Assembly: GCA_038727095.1 (NCBI GenBank)
Contig: JAVYWK010000032.1
Coordinates: forward strand, 1-18,984
From: Thermofilaceae archaeon
Lineage (GTDB): Archaea > Thermoproteota > Thermoprotei > Thermofilales > Thermofilaceae
Direction: 5' to 3'
Length of the DNA stretch: 18,984 bases
A program made the translations under genes and the position numbers. The notes beneath the pieces were generated by a model. That model searched no databases, was not told the DNA's origin, and worked only from the letters and a program-made list of their open reading frames with translations. Each line of letters begins with the position of its first letter. Position 1 is the stretch's first letter. Below, piece by piece: positions 8,228-16,464 of this stretch.

Positions 8228-8908
8228 ATGGGAGAGCTTGCTGAGCTGGAGGAGCTTAGGGACCGCTACGCCGTGTTCGAGGATAGGCTCGAGGCTGGAC
8301 GCAAGCTGTCCGAGTTCCTCCGCCAAAGGAAGGTGCGCTTCGACTCGATCCTCGCGATCCCGAACGGTGGCGTCGCCGTTGGCTACGCCCTGGCGCTCGA
8401 GCTGGGAGCGCCGCTCAGCGTAGCCGTCGTGAGGAAGCTGACGTACCCGTGGACGACGGAGGCGGGCTTCGGAGCCGTATCGTGGCTCGGCGACCTGGTG
8501 GTAGACGAGGCTGCCCGCAGCTGGCTGGGGGAACCTCTCTTCGAGAGCTGCCTGGAGAGGGCCAAGCGGAGCGTCGAGGAGAGAGTTAGGGTTTACAGGG
8601 ATTTCCTGCCCAAGGAGCTTAAGGGCTGTGTCCTTCTGGTGGACGATGGGTTAGCGACCGGCTACACAATGCTCGCCGCCATAGCTGCAGCGAGGAGGCT
8701 ACATGCGGAAAAAGTGCTCGCAGCGGTGCCCACAGCCTCGATTGCGGCCGCGAACATGGTGGCTGAGCGTGTCGACTTGCTGGCGGTCCTGAACTTGAGG
8801 ACGCAGCTGCCCTATGCCGTTGCAGACGCTTACCGCGTATGGACAGATTTAACCGATGCAGAAGTCCTCCAGATGCTGCAGCACTTGAGGGGTCTAGGGC
8901 TGGCTTAG
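8228..8908 (+). CDS. Type I phosphoribosyltransferase-family protein
   Basis: LAIPNGGV, VRKL...EAGFGAV, PRPP-binding LLVDDGLATGYT, AVP, AVADAY...DLTD.EV. Start at ATG 8228 or GTG 8216. Confidence 0.88.
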   Translation: MGELAELEELRDRYAVFEDRLEAGRKLSEFLRQRKVRFDSILAIPNGGVAVGYALALELGAPLSVAVVRKLTYPWTTEAGFGAVSWLGDLVVDEAARSWLGEPLFESCLERAKRSVEERVRVYRDFLPKELKGCVLLVDDGLATGYTMLAAIAAARRLHAEKVLAAVPTASIAAANMVAERVDLLAVLNLRTQLPYAVADAYRVWTDLTDAEVLQMLQHLRGLGLA

Positions 8909-9015
8909 CGGCTTGGCCCAATGAGAGCAAGGACGAGCACTCGCTTCAGAGCCTCTTGAAAGCTCTACCATAATTTTAGGCTCAAGATACTCGACGCTAA
9001 ACAGCGCTTTGCCCG

Positions 9016-10944
9016 TCAGGCGCTCCAACGCTCTGGAACCCAGAGAAGCTCTAGCTGTAGCTCAACGATCTCGGGCTTTGCTTCCCTCACCTTGATCGCG
9101 TACCGATCCTCCAGCCTCTTTAGCTCTTTGAACCACTCTGCGCGCAGCCTTTCTATCTCGGCTAGAAGCTCCCTCTCCTTCTCCTCCAGTTCGGCGGCCT
9201 TCTCCCTAGCCCTCTTCCACCGTTCAATCACTTCGAAGAGAGAGGCCCTCGCGGTTCTGCGGGAAAGGAGAGGCTTCAAGATGTTGACGAGCGAGCCGAC
9301 CTCCTCCCTCTTCCTGCTTACCTTCTCGGCCCTCACGATAAGCTTGCTCAACCTCACCCTGTACCGCTCGTCAACTCTACGCTTCCTCTCCTCGAGCTCG
9401 GTAGCAATTCGCGCTTGGAACTCCTCCAAGCTTTCCCCGGGCCTCGGCCTATCCCCGCGGCTCGTCACATACGTTTTCTCCGTCAGAGCTTCAACGAGAA
9501 GCCCCTTAGATCTGGCGTAAAGGGTGTCCAGCGAACCGATCGGTGGGGCGCTCACCCCATGGGGAGCTCCGGGCTTCACGGCCGGCGAGCCCTCCAGTAA
9601 TGCGACTCGTGAGGCGTAGGGGTCGACGATCGCTGTGAACTCCCTAAGGGTTCTGGCCTTCCGGCCAGGAAGCTTGTAAGCTGCTACGCCTTTGGCAAGA
9701 AGGCACAGCTTATACGATTCCACAGGCTCACCGATTACTAGGGTGTACTGCGGTAGATCCGGCTGCTCCTCCAAAACCCCCTGCCAACCGTAGGCTCTGG
9801 ATAGCGTATCCAGGGTTACGGGGCCCTTGAGGGGGGTTAAGGTGTGCCTCACTCTCACGACTTCCGGCCGCTCGAGCGCGGTGGAGAAGATGAGGAACTC
9901 CCTGGGCTTCAGGGCAGCGATCCTAGACGCAACATCGCTCCTTGAAACGCCGAAAACGTCGGCTAGGGCCTCGGCCACGGCCTCTCGATCCTGCTTCGCT
10001 CTGAGGACTCCAACAGCCCAGTTGCCGACGTTCGATAGGACCTTGTAGTCCAGGTCCCTAGGGTTCTGCGTCGCCAGCAGCACCGAAACGCCGAAGCCCC
10101 TCCCCTGCCTCACCAGCGTCGTAAGAGGATCCTTTACGGGAGGGTTTCTCGGGTAGGGGGGTAGGTAGCCCCTCACCTCATCGAAGACTACGGCCAGCCT
10201 CGGTCTACTGCAGCCGCCAACGCGCATCATCCACCTGTAAACCTCGGAGAGGATCAGCGAGGATGCCAGCATGCGAAGCCTCTCGGGCAGGTGTGCCAGG
10301 TAGATGACCTTTACTGGGGGTGGAGCCTCGAAATCCAAGTTTTCACCCATGGAAAAGCAGCCGACGATGGGGTCTACGGCTAGCGCGGCAAGCTCCCTCG
10401 CGAGGCGGCGCCTAGAGCCCTCGGGTACGAGGGCCTCCGTCGGAATACCGGCTAAAACCGTGGGAGGAGGCTCTAAAACCGACTTAGCCAGCGAGCTTAA
10501 CGTTGAAGCCTTCCCCCTGCGAAGCAGGGTTGAAAGCAGAGCTTGAGCTCCACGATCGCCGCTCAGCCTCGTCAAGGATAGGATGGCTTCCGCGGCCCAC
10601 GCGCTCGAAATCGGGTCGCCAGCCTGGGGTGGTAGAAGCTTCAATGGTCTACCACCGCAGAAGCCCGGGGTGTAGACAACAGCCTCTAATCGCTCCCTAA
10701 CCGGCAAGCCTTCAGAGGCGGCCCGCTTAACCCACTCCTCATCCCAGAAAGCAAGGTTTGCTAGATCCCCCTTCACGTCAAACACAAGCGCTGGTACGGA
10801 TGCGGATGCTAGCTCCTCGACGAGAACCGTCAGGAAGCCCGTCTTGCCCGAGCCTGTCGCGCCAATAACAACGAAATGGGTTAGCAGAGCTTCTAGAGGA
10901 AGATCAAGGATACCGGTCGCGCACGACCCAAGCATAAGCCCCAT
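9016..10944 (-). CDS. HerA/FtsK-superfamily ATPase (DUF87-type) with C-terminal coiled coil
   Basis: Walker A GATGSGKT, FDVKGD, Walker B VVFDE, RQGRGFGVSVLLATQNP.DLDYK. Strong SD (GGTGGAGG) before the ATG. E/K/R-rich heptad C-terminus. Confidence 0.85.
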   Translation of the reverse strand: MGLMLGSCATGILDLPLEALLTHFVVIGATGSGKTGFLTVLVEELASASVPALVFDVKGDLANLAFWDEEWVKRAASEGLPVRERLEAVVYTPGFCGGRPLKLLPPQAGDPISSAWAAEAILSLTRLSGDRGAQALLSTLLRRGKASTLSSLAKSVLEPPPTVLAGIPTEALVPEGSRRRLARELAALAVDPIVGCFSMGENLDFEAPPPVKVIYLAHLPERLRMLASSLILSEVYRWMMRVGGCSRPRLAVVFDEVRGYLPPYPRNPPVKDPLTTLVRQGRGFGVSVLLATQNPRDLDYKVLSNVGNWAVGVLRAKQDREAVAEALADVFGVSRSDVASRIAALKPREFLIFSTALERPEVVRVRHTLTPLKGPVTLDTLSRAYGWQGVLEEQPDLPQYTLVIGEPVESYKLCLLAKGVAAYKLPGRKARTLREFTAIVDPYASRVALLEGSPAVKPGAPHGVSAPPIGSLDTLYARSKGLLVEALTEKTYVTSRGDRPRPGESLEEFQARIATELEERKRRVDERYRVRLSKLIVRAEKVSRKREEVGSLVNILKPLLSRRTARASLFEVIERWKRAREKAAELEEKERELLAEIERLRAEWFKELKRLEDRYAIKVREAKPEIVELQLELLWVPERWSA

Positions 10945-11090
10945 ACGCCTCCACCGAGATACGAACCCTTCTCTTCAACATCCCGCTTGAGCTCGGCCGG
11001 TTCACTTAAGGCTATCCCCTCTCAGCGATGGTAGTGCTCTCAGGGTTAAGAGACGGTTAATCTGAGGGTTTAATCTCGTACCGTAACGCA

Positions 11091-11096
11091 TTTTTA
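11091..11096 (+). promoter_or_regulatory. TATA-like box for the isomerase gene, overlapped by an inverted repeat
   Basis: TTTTTA about 25 nt before GTG 11119, within CTCGTA-N14-TACGAG. Confidence 0.5.
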
Positions 11097-11118
11097 CGAG
11101 CCGCAGGAAATCACCCCC

Positions 11119-12240
11119 GTGAAGGTGACAAAGAACCTTCTATCCAAGCTAGAGACCGAGTACGCGGGCTACCTTGAGGGCGAAAGGCTCGACAGGTTCT
11201 TCAAGGAGTTCGGGATCAAGTTCGCAGCGGGGCACTGGGCTGCCGGCGACTTCCTCGATCGCTTCGCGACCAAGGGCTACTGGCCCGAGCTGGACAGCAG
11301 CATAAAGGCCCAGATGGAGCGCGTCGCGAAGGCGGGAATCGAGGGCATCGAGTTCCACGACGTCCTCTTCCTAGACGAGAAACTCCGCGTCGTTGAGGAT
11401 AGGATCACCGAGGTAAGGGAGCACCTCGAGAAGCTGGGCTTGAAGGCCACCACGATGAACGTCAACATGTTCACGGACCCTCGGTGGAAGCTGGGCAGCG
11501 TAACCCACCCGAAGAGGGAGGTGAGGGAGAAGGCGCTGGAAGTGCTGCTGCAGGCGGCTGACATGGCAAAGGCTGTTGGCTGCGAAGCTTTCAGCTTCTG
11601 GCCCGGCCAGGACGGCTGGGACTACAACTTCGAGGTCAACTACGGCAAGCACTTCGAGTGGTTCGTGGAGGCGTGCAGGCAGGCGGCCAGGAGGGCGAAG
11701 GAGCTCGGCCTCAGGTTCGGCATTGAGGCGAAGCTGAAGGAGCCGAAGGAGGGGAACATGGTTATACCGACCACGCACATCGCCGGTTGGATCGCCTACA
11801 CGATCAACCAGGAGCTAGGGGGCAAGTACATGGGGGTGACGATCGACTACGGCCACGAGCAGATGTACGCCGTCGAGCCCGCGTACACCGTCTACGCGCT
11901 CCACCGGATGGGCGTGCCAATCACCAACTTCCACATCAATACAGCCAAGCTGCACAGCAATGATGAGGACAGGGTCTTCGGCACAGGCGACATCTGGCGC
12001 TTCGTCGACTACTTGTACGCTGCAATTGACACGGGGTACGACGGCTGGTTCGGAGAGGACCAGTTCACCTACCGCATGGACCCGGTCAAGGCGATGGCTC
12101 TGAGCAAGGAGATCTTCGGCAACCTGATGAAGAAGGCGCTGCTCATCTACGCGAGGAAAGAGGAGCTCGAGGAGGCTAGGGAAACCGGCGATCAAGCCGC
12201 CGTCCTCAACGTCGTGAAGAAGATAATCCTAACGGGTTAA
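11119..12240 (+). CDS. Xylose isomerase-family (TIM barrel) sugar isomerase
   Basis: WPGQDGWDY, IEAKLKEP, IDYGHE, FHIN, DED and DQF two-metal-site motifs. Confidence 0.85.
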   Translation: MKVTKNLLSKLETEYAGYLEGERLDRFFKEFGIKFAAGHWAAGDFLDRFATKGYWPELDSSIKAQMERVAKAGIEGIEFHDVLFLDEKLRVVEDRITEVREHLEKLGLKATTMNVNMFTDPRWKLGSVTHPKREVREKALEVLLQAADMAKAVGCEAFSFWPGQDGWDYNFEVNYGKHFEWFVEACRQAARRAKELGLRFGIEAKLKEPKEGNMVIPTTHIAGWIAYTINQELGGKYMGVTIDYGHEQMYAVEPAYTVYALHRMGVPITNFHINTAKLHSNDEDRVFGTGDIWRFVDYLYAAIDTGYDGWFGEDQFTYRMDPVKAMALSKEIFGNLMKKALLIYARKEELEEARETGDQAAVLNVVKKIILTG

Positions 12241-12254
12241 GCCCCCAAATCTGA

Positions 12255-12268
12255 TTTTTGCTATTTTT
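12255..12268 (+). terminator. Oligo-T terminator after the isomerase
   Basis: TTTTTGCTATTTTT 15-28 nt after the stop codon. Confidence 0.55.
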
Positions 12269-12438
12269 CGAGGAATTTTCAGCTAACCAAAGCTTGCTGC
12301 TACCGAAAGACTCTGTCTTGTTTGCATCGCTCCACTACCTCGGGCTCATCTAGGAGGGTTCGCACATCGAAGATCCATCACTGCTCCAAAACCCTTTGAT
12401 ACGAAAAGCGCTTAAGCGTAAATTGCACTACGAGGAGT

Positions 12439-12924
12439 TTACCGGAGGAGATTCCTCACGAACTCGTGGTACTTTCTTACGGCTTCCTCGGGGAAGGGGT
12501 TTACGACGGTCACTTCCCTGATCCTCGCGAGCTCCTTGTCCAGCGAGTAGATGGTTGAGGTTCCGAGGCTCCTCGCAAGGGATACTAGGTATCCGTCCCA
12601 GGCTTCAACGTTGTAGTAAGCCGCGTACTCGAGAGCATCGATGGCCAACTGGGGGGTGATCTGGGGGTAGAAGGCCGACGACCGTGTCTCCAGCAGCTTT
12701 TCGAGGAGCCGCTTGACGGCTAGCCGCTCAACCCGTAGGTACCTTGTGGCTATGTGGTAGGCGCCAATGACGGCGGAGACAGGTAGCGCCGCCCTCCTCC
12801 TCTGAGTCAGAACCTCGCTCAGAAAGCGAACCGCGTGCGTTCTGAGGGGGTTGTCGAAGCACGCTACGACGACCACGCTCACGTCTAGAACGCCGTCAGG
12901 ATAGACCGAGCTTTCTCCGAGCAT
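12439..12924 (-). CDS. vapC: PIN-domain VapC-type toxin
   Basis: VLDVSV, WDGYLV and IYSLDKEL acidic PIN motifs. Overlaps the upstream AbrB-type gene. Confidence 0.85.
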   Translation of the reverse strand: MLGESSVYPDGVLDVSVVVVACFDNPLRTHAVRFLSEVLTQRRRAALPVSAVIGAYHIATRYLRVERLAVKRLLEKLLETRSSAFYPQITPQLAIDALEYAAYYNVEAWDGYLVSLARSLGTSTIYSLDKELARIREVTVVNPFPEEAVRKYHEFVRNLLR

Positions 12925-13183
12925 ACTCGGCGCTCACCCACTTCCAGCCCTTACCAACTCTTTCGGGGCGGGCTTCCAGCTTAAGATTCAGTGCAAGCTT
13001 AACCCACTCCCCAACTGATTCCTCCAGGTCCCCGGGGATTGGCTCGAGGATGATCCTCGCGCCGTCCAGCCTGACTAGGAGCTCTCCCCCCTCCCGCAGC
13101 CCCAGAGCCTTCCGAATGCGCACGGGGAGAACAATCCTACCCTGCCGATCCATCCTCGCTCTTCCTTCCACAAGTTTCACCAC
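12896..13183 (-). CDS. AbrB/MazE/SpoVT-family antitoxin
   Basis: MDRQGRIVLPVRIRKALGLREGGEL...IILEP. Start reassigned to GTG 13183 (or 13180), with TTTATTT about 25 nt upstream. Confidence 0.88.
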   Translation of the reverse strand: MVKLVEGRARMDRQGRIVLPVRIRKALGLREGGELLVRLDGARIILEPIPGDLEESVGEWVKLALNLKLEARPERVGKGWKWVSAEYARRKLGLS

Positions 13184-13681
13184 ATGGAGTAAAAAATGCC
13201 ATGAAATAAAGCTATCCTCCGGCACCGAATCTTAAACGAAGTAGTAAAAGGAGCCTCATTGCTTAAGATGCGGCATGCCTGCATCCATATCCTCATCAGC
13301 CGTCCCCCACAGGAATTGGCCTCTTTAGGATCCTTACAGGGTCTAACCAGGGGCAAGCACCACATCACTCTAATCGGAGGCTGTCCCAGCCTCTCCACAA
13401 AAGTCATCAGTCTTCGAAGCGCAACCCGATGGCTTAGAGGAGACCTTGTAGGAGTCCAATGCGCGTCTCTTTTGCAATGGTTTAACCACCGTGGGAGCTG
13501 GGGGCTCCGCTCATTGACTGTTGGTCGAGTAGTGCGCCCTGCTCAAAGCCTTTAGGTAGCAATGATCATCTCCTAATGCAGCTGAGGTGATTGGCTGTCA
13601 AGGTGGATCACTTTCTAAATGTTTTAAGGAAATGATTGAATCAACGAAAATTAATTAGGTAGAACCTTGCTAGGCGCTCTC

Positions 13682-15829
13682 ATGGGCGCTTTGAAGGTTC
13701 GGCACGCCCTTGCCGCCGCGATCGTGGTTTCGATCTTGGCGGCGTCAGTGTTCGTTGTGCAGCAGCAGTTGACAGGTGTTGTCGCCGTTGTGCGCGTCAG
13801 CGGCTACATCATGACGAGCGGCGATGCCGACTACTACACCGCTTTGCTGCGCCGCGCCTACAACAACGATAGCGTGAAGGCGGTAGTCCTCGTGATCGAC
13901 TCCTTCGGCGGCAGCGCGGACTACGTAGAGCAGGTCTACTACAGCGTGAAGCAGTTGAAGACGAGGAAGCCCGTTGTGGCGCTGGCGGTGAACGCGCTCT
14001 CAGGAGGCTACTACATAGCTGTCGCTGCCGACTACATATTCGCGCACTCAACCTCGCTCATCGGCTCGATCGGAGTCATAGCCACCGCTCCGCCGCTGCT
14101 CATCCCCTCCGAGTACGTCCTAGAAACGGGGCCCTACAAGCACACGGGCTTCTCTCGGCTCTACTTCTTCAGCAACTTGAGCCGCGCCCTGGACTCCTTC
14201 ATCTCCGCCGTGGAGGAGGGGAGGGGGCAGAGGCTCAGAGCCACCAAGGAGGAGCTGAAGAAAGCCCTCGTCTACCTCGGCGCGGAAGCCCTCGAGCTGG
14301 GTTTGGTAGACCGGCTCGGCTCGCTGGAGCAGGCAGTCGAGGAGGCGGCCAGGAAAGCCGGGTTGCTCAGGTACAGCGTGGTTGAGCTCCAGCTGACCGG
14401 TGCGTCTAAGGGCCTCTCCTACGCGTGGTGGAACGTTACGGTCAGCCTCCTGGAGAGCCTGCACCCTCCCCCCGCCCTCTACTACGTCTACCTACCGGCC
14501 ACCCAGATGCAGGCAACAACGCTGGCTTCAGTCGGCCCCGTGACCGGCGGCGGCAGCGCGATCATCGACCTATCCCACGGCAATCTAGCGTCCTGGTGGA
14601 GCCTGAACGCTCTGCTAGCCGAGCTCGCCCTGCGGAACGTCACCTTCGGCTTCTACGACACTTGGGACAGGGTGTTGAAGGGGCTGGAGAACGCCACCTG
14701 CCTGATCGTAGCAACTCCAGCGAGGCCCTACAGCGAGGATGAGGTCAAGAGGGTGGAGGAGTTCGTCAGGAGGGGCGGCGTTCTCCTGCTCATCTACGAC
14801 CCAGCCTACGAGTACCTGGGCCCCGAGGCTCTCAGGAACTTCGTGGTAGCCCCGATCAACTCGCTCGCCTCAAGGTTCGGCGTAACGTTCGCCTACGGCT
14901 ACCTCTACAGCCTTGAGGAGTACTACGGCATCTACCGGAACGTGTACGTCAGGTCCTTCGCCAACATCACCCTCTTCAGGGGTGTGGGAGAGCTCGTCCT
15001 TTTCACCGCCGCGCCTTTGAGGAGCAGCAGCGCTGTGGCCTGGGCCAACAATACCCACTCGACGGCCGCCGAGAAGCCCGGCAACTACCCCGTCGTCGCG
15101 CTCGCGAGGTGGGGCAACGGGACGGTGGTCGCAGTTGGCGACACGACGGTCTTCATGGAGCCCTACTGCCACGTCTCCGACAACTACAAGTTCGTGTCCA
15201 ACCTGGCCGAGCTCATCGCCAACGCGACTCTAGCCCCCGTTCTAAGGCCAGACGGGTTTCGAATCGAGAGGCCGAACCTCCCCGTAGGCACCGTGAAGGT
15301 GTTCAGAGTCGATGAGGACGGGGAGGTCTACGAACTCCGCTGGATAAGGGTGAGCGAGGAGGAGGTAGTCGTAGAAACCCCCTACTACACGACCGTCTAC
15401 ATCTACGAAAGCGGCAACTTGCGGGCTTGGAGGTCCAATGGGATGGAGTGCGCATACGATCAACCCTTGCCTGAGCCACCCTTCCCGCTTACGGAGGGGA
15501 AGAGCTGGAGCTACTCGACGGGCTTCACGCTCACCATGAACGACGCTAGGTACAGGGGTTGGCTGACGGGGAGGGAGGCCGTGGAGGGCTTCGAGAGTGT
15601 TAAAGCGCTCGACGGGAGGACGTACTTCTGCGCGCGCGTGAGCATCGAGCTGACAGAGCGATTGACGAGCGGCGGCGTCACGGTGATCACCACAACCCGC
15701 GGCTACTACTGGCTCTCCAGCGAAGCTGGAACCGTGAAGCAGAGCACCACGACCTCGAGGAGCTACAGCGGCTACGAGGCCAGCACGAGCAGACGCGAGC
15801 TCATCCTTAAGGAGCTCAGGAGGCCCTAG
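13682..15829 (+). CDS. Membrane-anchored S49 (SppA-like) peptidase fused to a DUF4350/GATase-like domain and a beta-rich C-terminal domain
   Basis: N-terminal TM helix, IDSFGGS, ALSGGYYIA (Ser), GSIGV, GPYK (Lys). Middle domain IDLSHGN...FVRRGGVLLL...GNGTVVAVGD...DNYKF. Start at ATG 13682. Confidence 0.85.
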   Translation: MGALKVRHALAAAIVVSILAASVFVVQQQLTGVVAVVRVSGYIMTSGDADYYTALLRRAYNNDSVKAVVLVIDSFGGSADYVEQVYYSVKQLKTRKPVVALAVNALSGGYYIAVAADYIFAHSTSLIGSIGVIATAPPLLIPSEYVLETGPYKHTGFSRLYFFSNLSRALDSFISAVEEGRGQRLRATKEELKKALVYLGAEALELGLVDRLGSLEQAVEEAARKAGLLRYSVVELQLTGASKGLSYAWWNVTVSLLESLHPPPALYYVYLPATQMQATTLASVGPVTGGGSAIIDLSHGNLASWWSLNALLAELALRNVTFGFYDTWDRVLKGLENATCLIVATPARPYSEDEVKRVEEFVRRGGVLLLIYDPAYEYLGPEALRNFVVAPINSLASRFGVTFAYGYLYSLEEYYGIYRNVYVRSFANITLFRGVGELVLFTAAPLRSSSAVAWANNTHSTAAEKPGNYPVVALARWGNGTVVAVGDTTVFMEPYCHVSDNYKFVSNLAELIANATLAPVLRPDGFRIERPNLPVGTVKVFRVDEDGEVYELRWIRVSEEEVVVETPYYTTVYIYESGNLRAWRSNGMECAYDQPLPEPPFPLTEGKSWSYSTGFTLTMNDARYRGWLTGREAVEGFESVKALDGRTYFCARVSIELTERLTSGGVTVITTTRGYYWLSSEAGTVKQSTTTSRSYSGYEASTSRRELILKELRRP

Positions 15830-15837
15830 GTGGGCGT

Positions 15838-16404
15838 ATGGCGGAGCACTTGCGATCCGACAAAGTGAAACTGGAGCGGGACTTGGAGGAGTTAAGGAGG
15901 CTAGCTGTCAAGCTGGGCGCTGAGGACGCCAGGCCGATACAGGCCCTCGCAGTAGTCGTAAGGGACTGGGTGCGCTGGAAGTGCCGTTTCGGCTGCGGCG
16001 AGTACGGTAGGAGGCTGACGTGCCCACCCTTCAGCCCGACGCCGGAGGAGACTAGGAGGGTGCTCAGCGAGTACGGGGTCGGCTTAATCGTGAAGTTCGG
16101 CCCCTGCTTGGAGGCTGGGTACGACGAGGGCGTCAACGTGCACGAGGTCATGTTCCAGCTGGAGCGGGAAGCATTCCTCATGGGCTACTACGCCGCCTTC
16201 TCGCTGGCATGCGGCCCCTGCCCGTACTGCGAGGAGTGCAACGTTAAGGAGGGGGTTTGCCGGAACCCGGAGCGCGCCAGGCCCTCGATGGAGGCCTGCG
16301 GCATCGACGTCTACGCGACGGCGAGGAACGCGGGCTATGAGCTTAAGGTCGTCACCTCCTACGAGCAGCGGCCAACCTTCTTCGGGCTCCTACTCCTAAC
16401 GTAG
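15838..16404 (+). CDS. DUF2284 Cys-rich predicted metal-binding protein
   Basis: KCRFGC..YG...CPPFSP, GPCPYCEEC, C..P..ARPSMEACGIDV. SD GGTGG; starts 8 nt after the peptidase stop. Confidence 0.85.
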   Translation: MAEHLRSDKVKLERDLEELRRLAVKLGAEDARPIQALAVVVRDWVRWKCRFGCGEYGRRLTCPPFSPTPEETRRVLSEYGVGLIVKFGPCLEAGYDEGVNVHEVMFQLEREAFLMGYYAAFSLACGPCPYCEECNVKEGVCRNPERARPSMEACGIDVYATARNAGYELKVVTSYEQRPTFFGLLLLT

Positions 16405-16464
16405 AGTAAACAGAGGCAGCGCGCCGCATCAACACAGTGGTTGACGAAGGAGAGCTTTCTCGAG

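Noticed and set aside
11041-11076. Short repeats as a CRISPR remnant
   Set aside because: Units are only 11-13 nt with no spacers. No CRISPR array or cas genes were seen anywhere in the window.
12324-12384. C/D-like arrangement on the minus strand (GTGATGG...GCGA...AGATGA...GCGA, with GCA/TGC ends)
   Set aside because: Box C and both D boxes are mismatched, so it is too degenerate to call.
13177-13555. ORFs 13177-13407 (-) and 13259-13555 (+)
   Set aside because: No motifs, atypical composition, and the minus ORF overlaps the antitoxin promoter.
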